A stretch of 60,442 nucleotides of DNA, counting the filler, from Sphacelaria rigidula (lineage: Eukaryota): NCBI GenBank assembly GCA_964200075.2. It is 9 parts of 9 records of this genome, joined end to end, with 100 filler letters (N's around TTAATTAATTAA, not from the genome) between each part and the next. Parts side by side here need not be neighbours in the genome. Positions count along the whole stretch, not along the records: positions 6,729 to 13,355 come from CAXNAA020018967.1; positions 13,456 to 20,082 come from CAXNAA020018968.1; positions 20,183 to 26,809 come from CAXNAA020018969.1; 6 more parts are not named here. One strand, written 5' to 3'. This document shows, one piece after another, positions 13,142 to 23,482 of this stretch. The first letter of the stretch is position 1, and each line of letters opens with the position of its first letter. The position numbers were made by a program, and so were the translations under genes. A model generated the notes under the pieces. It did not search any database. It saw only the letters and a program-made list of their open reading frames with translations, and was not told the origin of the DNA.

Positions 13142-13580
13142 CTCAGATAACAGGACATGGATCAAAGGAACATGTACCGACAGATATTGGCCTAGAGTTC
13201 ACTTCAACGTGTAGATCACCTTGGGTTTGGTGTGTACAACGTTCTGTGACTCTTGGGCATATTCGGTCTGATATTGCCCCGATATTCGACTGATTCCAGT
13301 ACAAGTAGGTCTCCTGTAGTTCAATCGGTCTCATACGGATCTTTCGTCGGTTTTCNNNNNNNNNNNNNNNNNNNNNNNNNNNNNNNNNNNNNNNNNNNNT
13401 TAATTAATTAANNNNNNNNNNNNNNNNNNNNNNNNNNNNNNNNNNNNNNNNNNNNCCTATGCCCGGTAACAGCAGCTGCGAAATCTCGATATCGATAACT
13501 GTTAAAGGTACTAATAGGGACCCCTATTGGAATAGGATCCTACCGATACTCTATTACCCTATTGCCTATTATCCAGGGTG

Positions 13581-14165
13581 TGTTGCACAGTGGTAGTCAA
13601 ACCACATGCTTCTGCACAGACAGAAAGTCCAAAGAGAAAAATGGTGTTTGGGGCTCTTCACTTCGGCCGAACAAAATCAAGGCAGCCTCTTTTGCAAGCA
13701 GGGTGTTGAGGGAGAGTGATGGCAAGGGCGATATACCACCGCTTACAACCATGTTCAATCCTGGAAGAAGAATCCAACACTCTACACGTACGTAAGGTCT
13801 AATCGTATCATTCAATTTAACCTCGCTATTGCTGACGCGGTAGCCTTGCTAGCTTAGATTAACTGCAAAGTTGCACACAAGATATCCTGTAGCTTACGTG
13901 GCCTAAATATTCTGCTAGAATATCTTTCATTGACAAATCATGGCTACACGCCTACACTAGCAGTAAGCTACCTGAAACGTCATTCACACACGTGGACTAT
14001 GAATCAACACAAAAGAGGTACTCTCCGTGAAAAGGATACTTATGAAACGGTCTTACGTGGTTCATTGTTTCGTTGAAACGCAACAGATTGTACCGCTATC
14101 TTTTGTTGCAACAAGTCTATTCAAACATAATGAATATAGACTACATCGTCTAGATTTTTCCAACA
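13581..14165 (-). mobile_element. Solo LTR-like element, copy 1 (585 bp)
   Basis: TGTTG...CAACA termini. Reverse-complement match to 15056-15678 along its length. Strand inferred only from a TATA-like GTAAAAG in the sister copy. Confidence 0.75.
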
Positions 14166-14592
14166 TTTCTGACCAAGGTCTTTGATATTTGCGACCACCT
14201 AGTTTACATGGGTGACCCCATCTCTGATGAAAGACTGACGGACATCGTGGTGGAAGCTTTTACTGATGACTACGATCGGATAAAGCATGATGCCGAGCGT
14301 GATCCCGACTTCAGCACCTCCGACATTGAAGTCACCATACGGAATATGTACTCAAATCCCGGTGCACGCGGTATTTTGTCGAAGGGATGACGTGGTCATG
14401 AGTCCGCCATGATAGCGGCATCACCGCTTGATTCATTAGTATCATCTACGATAATCACTGAAAAATGTTCTTCCCGTGGAAAACCCGGCCACCATATGCG
14501 TGACTGTCGTCCTAGAGGACAAAGAGCGGGAACAGGCCTGTGAAGTGGTGCAGTCTTCATCGTACCGATAAACACCATCATTCTGAATGTAG
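14166..14592 (+). pseudogene. gag: Ty1/Copia gag remnant
   Basis: FLTKVFDICDHLVYMGDPISDERLTDIVVEAFTDDYDRIK..IEVTIRNMY (UBN2-type gag), degenerate zinc knuckle CSSRGKPGHHMRDC, and KWCSLHRTDKHHHSEC. Contains in-frame stops. Confidence 0.75.
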
Positions 14593-15055
14593 TACGGCAA
14601 GGGAACTATAACATACTACTAGCCTCATACCCGTTTATCTTCATCGAACATCATCGGTCGGGCAATTGCATTATGTATAAATATCTACAGTGGTTTGATT
14701 GATTTGATTTTGATTTGATTGTCGCACTTCAAGTGACCTTCAAGGGGTCCAGCCGTGGTCTCATGATTATTTTACGTACATACTATCGCACCGTGTGTTT
14801 TCACCGTCTCGTTTACTTACAAAAGTCTAGCACAAGGAGGAGTCGATCTAGAGGTGACGCCAACACTTCTCACACAAAACCGAAACGAGAATCATGACAC
14901 CGCGCACCGTCAAAAACACTTGAAAAGCCCCCATCAGGGCACCCACCTCTTCACAAACACCACGGAAGCATCAGGAAGTCCTAACCACGGCAGCCATGTA
15001 CGTGTCTCCTTCCATGCAAAGAACACCCGGCTGGGGTGTAGTGTGTAGTGTCCTA

Positions 15056-15678
15056 TGTTGCAAAAATCTAGATGATGCAGTCTATATTCATTGTGTTTCA
15101 TTGAAGTCGCTCCAACAAAAGATAGCGACACAATCTACTACGGTTCAACGAAACAACGAACCACGCAACACCGTTTCATTAGTATCCTCTTCACGGAGAG
15201 TACCTCTTTTGTGTTGATTAATAGTCTACCTGTGTGAATGATATTTCAGGTTAAAAATTGCTGGAGTAGGCGTGTTCCCATTATTTGTCAATGAAAGATA
15301 CTCTAGCAGAGTATGTAGGCCACGGAAGCTGCGACACATCTTGCGTGCAAGTTTTCAGTTAATCTAAGCTGGCAAGGCTACTGCGTCAGCAATAGCGAGG
15401 TTGAATTGAATGATACGATTAGACCTTACGTACGTGTAGAGTGTTGGATTCTTCTTCCAGGATTGAGCATGGTTGTAATCGATGGTTCCTATCGCCCTTG
15501 CAACCACTGTCCCGAGCTTACCAAGCTTACGCAGCTCTCCTTCATTTCCTCAGCACTCTGCTTGTAAAAGAGGCTGCCTTGATTTTGCTCGGCCGAAGTG
15601 AAGAGTCCCAAACACCAGTTTGTCTTTGGACTTTCTGTCTGCTGCAGAAGCAAGTGGTTTGACTACCACTGTGCAACC
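15056..15678 (+). mobile_element. Solo LTR-like element, copy 2 (inverted relative to copy 1); 5' fragment of a third copy at 19732-19823
   Basis: Starts TGTTGCAAAAATCTAGA and ends GTGCAACC. Carries a ~35-40-bp insertion relative to copy 1. Confidence 0.75.
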
Positions 15679-17039
15679 TCTGACAGTAGTCGGTCTGTTT
15701 GAGAACAGTACCAAACGCCACGAGCCACAAATATTTCCGACATTGTACTTGAGTTTGTTCACCTACAAGACCGCGTGCGGTATCACCTCAAGTACCCTTT
15801 GGGAACGCCTATGAACGCACCGGGGACAGTGCGACCCTCCGGAAGAAACGCGAGTTTCACCCCGACGCCTACGTAGCATCGGTACTACTTAACTCGAGCG
15901 GTGCATGTGTTGAATCGACGGAAACGTCACTGCAAGAAAAGAAGGTGGACTTCAAGCGGGACACACGCGCTTCGTGGTCATCATCAATGTATGTACTTCT
16001 TGATCATTTTTTTATATAGCACCCGGGTGTCATTTCCGAGTAAAAACAACAAATAGTTTCGAAAGATGTACACAGTAGTGTCTTATAAAAGGGGTCTCCG
16101 TGCCTCTCTCGCTATCATACTTGCACAAAACAAACTACAAACTGAAGGGAAATTCCGCAAAAAGAACAGATTTGCTGTTCACTGAAGACGCACTCCCCTT
16201 TCTGGGCTTCGACGTTCAGAAAATATGCCACGAATTGGCCGAGATAACTATGAAAAAAAGTGAAGACCTCTGCAGGCAGCTGCATCACTATCAGCACGAG
16301 TGACCCAACATAGGTAACTCGTTACCATGCGGGCTCGTGTGTTCCTACATATTTTCAAGGCGTGCGGCGTGGACTCCGGAAAACTTCAAAACTCAGCCGC
16401 CTCATTGATTCTTCTACTTACCGCATCGGTTTGCTATGTCCGACTCGCGGTAAACCCGTATCAATCTCTCAAAAAAAGTGCGCATCTTAACTTCGAGACC
16501 AGTAGCATGCCCTCAAACATGTGAGCCAACTTCAGTTTCAGGGATTTGACAGTATCTGGCAGTGTAATTACGTGGATTTAGAATCACCCGTGCTCCCCAT
16601 GAAGATGGGCTTCGATTGAAGTTTTCATAATATGCCAACCTCTTGTTCTTCCATGAATGCACGTGTTGAAGGAATTCCGGCACAAGACTCGAACATGATA
16701 AGCATTTCCCCTCCATTCCTTCTGTTAAAGCAAAGGTTTCGCATGAACTGAGGATATGGTTTTGTGTTCAAGTGCTCTGGCAGAATTCCGTCGACGCGTG
16801 CGAGTATTATTGGTGGGAGGAGGGGTAACATATTATGTTGTTTAGCCAGAAATCGAAAATCGTTGACACTTTGAGTACACGGAAACGTCGTCATCTCATG
16901 CCCTGGGCAAACTGTCTAGGTACTCCTAGTTTGTACCTCCCCCCTCACACAAATTCACATGGCATACGCTGCAAAGTCTGTCAATATAGAGTTTTGGGTA
17001 ATGGTTTTTCCACTTAGAGTCAGAGTGAAACAGCTTCGG

Positions 17040-17570
17040 AGGGTTGGGCGTTCAAGGTTCAGAGTGTGTATTCATCCTTCCATTTATCCTGCACGCCAGT
17101 CTACAGCCGACTATCGAAATTGAGGATAGAGCTTTTCATTGAGGATGAGAAACCTGGAGAATCACAATCTTCGTTCTTTCACCTACTGATAGCTATTGAC
17201 AACTGCTACACGTCCTACAAATTTAGATTTCAATAACCGAAATGTCGGGGGTCCTAGATCAAGAAACACTTCTGTGAAATTTAGGTCATCCGATCAGATC
17301 GCCGAAATTCCCCGAAATTGATTTTTCACCCCAGACCCCCGACATTCCGGCTATCGATATAATTTTCTATGACATGTAGTATTTACCAGCAGCTACTAGT
17401 AGGTCAAGAATTAGAATCATATCTCGAAGATTTTGTGCGGATACGAAGATTTCAATCTTCCTGTTTCTCATCCTCAATGAAAAGCTCCATCCTCAATTTT
17501 GATGATCGGATGTCAGGTGTAGACTGGCGTCCAGGTTAGTGACAACACACACTCTGAACCTTCAAAAGTT
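17040..17570. mobile_element. Long foldback MITE; inner arms related to 36579-37022
   Basis: Inverted pairs AAGGTTCAGAGTGTGT/ACACACTCTGAACCTT, GAGCTTTTCATTGAGGATGAGAAAC/GTTTCTCATCCTCAATGAAAAGCTC and ATGTCGGGGGTC/GACCCCCGACAT. Confidence 0.8.
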
Positions 17571-18536
17571 TCCACTCTCAACTTCTACTCTGATTCTGAG
17601 GCAAAAAGCCATTTTCCGAAACTCTCTGATATTATAAATCTATCTTCTGTTCGCCCCTCTTTGGTTCCCGGAAATACCTTGGCAACGCAACCCCTCCCCC
17701 CCCCACCCTCCAAAACAGCAGACGCAAGACAGACATCACTATTATAGAACACCAACAGACAGATCTTTGATTCACCCATCATTACCACCGAGGCGAATTG
17801 CCCCTTCGCCCTGTAAAACCTGTGCTTGTTTTTCCCGTCATATCGTAGCCCTATAAGCCAAGCCCAAACCCCACGCACACCAAAACGACACGGAGGAGGG
17901 GGGTCCAACTGGTTTCGAATACAAGTCGTCCGTCATCAGAGCTTGGGATGATGTCTACAGACCTCGATTTGAGGACGAGGCGCACCCTGAGCACATCCTG
18001 GCGAATCCTTCAGACCTATCATTGACCTGCATGGGGATCTTCATGTCAGTATCTACGACAAAGTAACCAGGGTCAGCCACGGATGGAATAGGGCGTATAG
18101 CGTATTTCAAACATTTCCGACACCACTATGTCCGCGTTGGTAGACCTGACCTTATGTCCCGACCGTTGATGAATTTGCTGAGACTGTACCATTTATGATA
18201 CCTCCCCCCCCTCCCACCCCCCGACTAAGAATCCAGCCGTGCTCACAAGCCACCGGTACATCCAAAGCATGTACACGGAAACATTCAGTAAGGGAGCCTC
18301 GAGGAAGGGCAGACAACGAGAGCATGAACAGACCGACTGAAACGAAGAAAGGAAACAAAAAAAGGCGAAATCATCTGCGATGCTACCGTCACAATCGCAC
18401 GTACATCCAACTTTTGGTCGAGTCAGTGAGGAGCACCACCTGCAGTCCGCAGCTAGAGGGTGAGGTTCACGCCTTTACGGGTGAGTTAACATGGTGTGCT
18501 GTCCCCCCAGGATGCCGGTAATATGTGAGCTGATCA

Positions 18537-18629
18537 TCAGTCCTTGAAAGCATACACGATAAGGTACGTTGGCAAAGCGGCCTCGTCCTTGTACACCACC
18601 ACCTCATCGTAATTCAGGTTCGGGCCGAC
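18537..18629 (-). CDS. Terminal exon of a PARP-like ADP-ribosyltransferase
   Basis: Pyrimidine-rich acceptor (..TTCTTGTCTACGAAG), then VGPNLNYDEVVVYKDEAALPTYLIVYAFKD*. Matches the PARP C-terminal pattern L.Y.E.VVY....P.YL..Y including the catalytic-position Glu. Upstream exons not found on this contig. Confidence 0.75.
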   Translation of the reverse strand, partial: VGPNLNYDEVVVYKDEAALPTYLIVYAFKD

Positions 18630-19032
18630 CTTCGTAGACAAGAACAGAAACGTTGGGGAATGAAGAGAGTAGACGGGCGGGAGCGACGGGTGGGGCGGTG
18701 GGAGGGGAGGGAGGGGGGGCGTTTGATAGGTCTGCGCCTATTTTGTCGCTGCTTCGCTATACGTGAATACACACACATCTGGAGACTCATGACACCAATA
18801 GCCGACGCCACCACCGAGTGCATGTATTTTTTAGCAGCCTTTCTTTTGACTAATTTAGCGTCCGTTCTCTCCTGCAGCTCGTGACAGTTCTCTGGAGAAT
18901 ATCGATATTGTAGACGAACAAGACCATGGTAGAACTCTCGGGGGATGAAATGGCATTTCACGAATATCCTGTTTTGACCGATAGCATGGTTGAGCTGTCA
19001 CTTTGGGGTTGCAGTTTGGCTTGTGCTCATGC

Positions 19033-19231
19033 TGTAATGCGTGAGAGGACCGCGTGCTTGGAGGACCGCGCCGAAGTTCACAATACCTCAAGGCCGACGT
19101 ATTTCAAAACCAATCGGGTCAGTCCCTGCCGGTACCACGCCCCTGACCCTAACCCCAACCCTAACCCTAATCATGGGGATGTTTGAATTCCGATGCGGTC
19201 CTCTAAGCACGCGGTCCTCTCACGCATTACA
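19033..19231. mobile_element. 199-bp MITE with TGT...ACA ends, 4-bp TSD and internal telomere-like repeats (Ginger-like)
   Basis: ~48-bp TIRs (TGTAATGCGTGAGAGGACCGCGTGCTT...). ATGC duplicated at 19029-19032 and 19232-19235. CCCTGA CCCTAA CCCCAA CCCTAA CCCTAA at 19141-19170. Confidence 0.8.
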
Positions 19232-19311
19232 ATGCAACGTTTCTGGCGAATAGCATAGCACCGCCCTGTATTCCTTCGTATGCCGTTGTTGCCGTTTATG
19301 TTTACAACAGT

Positions 19312-19546
19312 AGTGATGCTGCGATAGAGTCTGCACTTTTGGGGCCAAAACCGGCCTGATTCAGGGGTTCCTCAAATTAGAAAGTACACAAAAATATGGG
19401 TGAGGATATCCCCGTTTGCAAATTCTTCAGGGATATCCCTAGCAAAATGGAAGAAAAACCTTGGCGTCGTGTTTTGGATGAGATAAAGGGTTCCTAGCAA
19501 TTCTCATCTCAGGCCGTAAAAGTGCTGATCCTATCGCAGCATCACT
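19312..19546. mobile_element. MITE with ~29-bp TIRs
   Basis: AGTGATGCTGCGATAG..GCACTTTT / AAAAGTGC..CTATCGCAGCATCACT. No TSD seen. Confidence 0.65.
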
Positions 19547-20182
19547 CACAGCGAAAATGCATACATACGCGACTCCGGAGCAGCTAGATATACTGGTTTC
19601 TAGGAGAGATCATGAGCCAAGTGCGTGGCCCGAGTCGTGGCAGTGCCCCAGCGGGCCCGGAAACCCTTGTTCACATACAGGCGTTATTTATTCCACCACA
19701 GCAACGATTCCAACTCCCCGGCGAAACATAATGTTGCAAAAATTTAGACGATGCAGTTTATATTCATTGTGTTCGAATGAAGTCGTTGCAACAAAAGACA
19801 GTGGTACAACCTGTTGCGGTTCACCGTACGTTATTACGGTAGTGCTTTTATAGCTATTATAAAAGCATCACTTTCCAATGTTGGGCGACCCTTCTAGTCT
19901 GTCGGTGAAACCGCTTACGTGCAGCATCAATTCTCACGCGTCAGGAACGGACAAACAGATCAACCGTCCCTTGCGGCCCTTTTTTTTCGGAATTGTTTCT
20001 TGCACAACAACCCGAATATTTGTGGTCCCCAAAATTCCGATTCTAGCGGAGACACAAACGAAGAGGTCACACGGGTCGAAGANNNNNNNNNNNNNNNNNN
20101 NNNNNNNNNNNNNNNNNNNNNNNNNNTTAATTAATTAANNNNNNNNNNNNNNNNNNNNNNNNNNNNNNNNNNNNNNNNNNNN

Positions 20183-20712
20183 GTTCGTTCGGCCGTGTTT
20201 GCATTGCGTAGACGCTCGTGCTGGTGCGATTGTACCTCGTCCGTATGGCGATACTGTGCATGGTACTGCGCCAGGTGAAGTCGTTCACTTTGATTTTCTA
20301 TACGTCGGAAGTAGCGGACCCGAAGGTGCTAATGGTTTGTCTGATGAGGACGGTTTTTGGTACGTTTTGCTTATCATGGATGATTTGTCCAATTCCGTTT
20401 CGTTGGAGGCGACTGAGGCTTGCACCGCCGAGGTTACGGCTAAGCACTTGCTTCATTGGTGCAAGACTTTGGGGGTGCCGCGTGTGTGGGTTAGTGATAC
20501 CAGTGATACCGCCACGCACTTCAAGAACCGAGTGATCGCGCAGCTGAGCGACGCGCTCAAGGTGCAACACCAATTTGCTGTTGCGTATACCCCTTGGTCG
20601 AATGGTGCTTGTGAACGCATGGTGAAAGAGGTTATTTGTGCGTTGCGGTCTATTTTGTCGGAACAGAGACAGCCGGTGTCTGAATGGGTTGATGCTTTGC
20701 CAGTCGCTCAGG
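20183..20712 (+). pseudogene. Gypsy-type integrase core fragment
   Basis: VHFDFLYVG..YVLLIMDDLS..GVPRVWVSD..HFKN..YTPWSNGACERMVKEV (DDE core). In-frame 9-bp duplication AGTGATACC. Truncated next to a family B repeat. Confidence 0.85.
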
Positions 20713-23482
20713 AGTCATCCTACGATAGGGGGGGGGGCGTTCTCATGTGTTGCTTGCCTTAGTCGTCTGACCATTGACCACGCATCCCTTTCGAGATGGA
20801 GCACGGTAGAGGGGGGGGGGGGGTGTTTTGGGCCGTTTCTTCAACGAAATTATGCTTAAATCGTCGTTGAAAGCAACAACGGTTGTTCAAACGCGCTGGC
20901 TCCCGATAAATAACGCTCATTCATACTGCTTGACACTGCTCTCAACCAAATACAAGCGTACCGCGAGTGTAATGTGTCGATCGACGCACCTATGAGCCCA
21001 TTTTTCCGTGCCCCCTAGCATAGCATGAATCGCCCTCTGGACGTACTGCACGTTTGTTGTACGGTACTCTACTGTATTGTACTGACCTTGGAAATCCGTG
21101 GTTTTCAAGTAATCAGTCTTATTGCACTTTTTTGGGGTCTGTTTTGGTTCCCGCTGTGAGAGCTACCAGCGTACAGATCGAACCGACCGTTGTATGTCGA
21201 AATCAGTGCAGAAAAAACGATTATTGGACTTTTGAGCCCAAACAGCTGATTTGTAAATTATATCATGCCAAATTGCCGCTGACCGAAAGACTACGAGGGG
21301 AAAATGTTCCCTCAAAGTAGACTTGTAACCAATTGATACCGGCACGTTTTGAGGTCTTATCCGTTCCACAACAATACGCCGTAAGTATTCGTAAATGAAA
21401 TCGTGGGTGCGGTGAAATTTCAAGTGTATAGTGGAAGCTCTCCCGCAAAGAATTTAATTGACGCATCGAAGCCCTTTGTGAAATATCTGGCGAGTGTTTG
21501 GGGCATAGGCGTACCCCCATCATCATAACCGGGGAACCCGACCTGTGCAGGGTATTGTATATGTTGGAGGGACGTACGGATGATATGAGGCACATCTATC
21601 TCCAGACCCCAGGGCTGCTCTAGTTTTACAGGGTATGCTGAGCTAGAAGCCCTCCCCCTTGTGCCCCACACCTCAATGCTGATCGATGATACCATACAGA
21701 GTCTTCTAGTGTAAGAATCAAGGAGAAACAACGTCATTCTCTCTCTCTCTCCTGGTTTGGCACCGCCGCTAATCCCAGTCGTCACAAAATCAAATTTCCC
21801 TCTTCTCTTCTAAAGCTGTGAGCGAAAAAACAACGCATATCTTCAAGCGACCTGCCTGAAAATGATCACCGGCCTCATGCTACAAATCTCTTTCGGGCGC
21901 GCTCAAAAAACGACAAATAGTTTCTGGTCTCAGGAACGTGTGTTTACTCGTCGATACTTGGAGCGATTTCGATGACATGGTTCACAGCCCCCCCCCCTCT
22001 CCCTTGTGTCCCCGTGTATGTGAGTGTGGTATACCAGCAATGACTTCGCCTATCGGTCATGACGTTTTGACCACTGAGGCAACCCACTTCGGCGACGACA
22101 GTGCACTCAAACGGCCACGAGGAAACACCCCTGTTTGATGCTTCTTGTACACTATCATGACGGCCTTCTATTATGGCCGGTTTCCCGCATGGAATATTGT
22201 TCGCTTTTCGTACGGAAAATGTTGATTTTCGCTTTCCGTACGAAGGTTTTGTGACCGCACCTCACCTTTTAACTCGAAGTTTCCGAAATTCGATCCCGCC
22301 AGATGGTTCCACATACTGGAGCGTTGTCGTGATTTATCATCTTGACATGTTCCACAGTGTTGCTAGATGTATGAGTAATTTGCCGACTTTTTGTTCTTAC
22401 TTGGCGAACTTCCCAGGGCAACCCTAGAAAAGTGGCGGAGGCCCAAGTTTGCTGTCTCGTGGGGAAGATGATCGATGAGGCCAGAGTATAGCTTGTGCGA
22501 TAAAGCCCTTGGTTCATGCTCAAACCAATGAACAACAGATCGTGTATACCTGAACGTGGTTGGTACGGCAGTGCATACAGAGGAGAAAGAAGGACAAGAC
22601 TATTCTCAGCAACACTCACCAGAGTCAAATATTGTCGATACGTACGTAGCCCTCCCGACCACTTTTCCATTCTCTCTCATCGCATCCCTCCGTACCACCT
22701 CTTCAACGTTGGAGGAGCACTGAAAGAACCGGATGTGAGGCGTACTGGATACACAACCTGCACAGACTTTGTGATAATGAGTGTGTTGGTGGCGGGTCAA
22801 TATAACGATACTCAAACGTGAGCTTGCAAAACTGCACGAGCTATGCCTTACTTCTCGTGGTGTACTACCTCCTCCTGTCATCGTTAGGTGCGTTACGTCA
22901 TTTATTTGAGGCACGTAAATTTGTTCCGTCACATTTGCCTCTTGTTGTTGGAGTTCTACAAGGTTTTCGGGTTGGAGCATTAGATCGTGAGCACTGACGA
23001 GTTGCGCTAGTGGTGTAGGCATAGTCACCATGAAAGTATACTGTAAAATTTTAACGCCTAGCCCTTGCAGTATCTATAGACTTCTGTCACTCAAGATCAC
23101 ATCGCCATGTAGACTCCTCCCATCACGGGCACATGGGCTTCAGCAGCTTTAGTGATTTATGTATTAACTCTTGGCATAGTACAGGAGAACAGGACCGTAG
23201 CCTCTCTCCACCAGAGTAGAAAAACCAAGCTCTCTCGTCATGGAGGTCACCCATCACAGAGTCCGGCAATCAGACCCGCAACTCCACCTACACAATGTCC
23301 TCAACCTTAGGTAACAATGGTGGCTGGAGTCTACAGCACCCCCAAAGCTCTCTACTACCAACGAGTAGTTACATAAGAGGCTGACAAACTCAGACATCAT
23401 TGGTGCCTGATAGTACCGTCGTTATCCGCAAAGAATAGCAACTCTTCCGCTGCTTTCGAGTAAAGCTCCAAACAAGCCTGCC

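Noticed and set aside
16040..17010. Protein-like fragments on both strands
   Set aside because: No recognisable motif or consistent frame.
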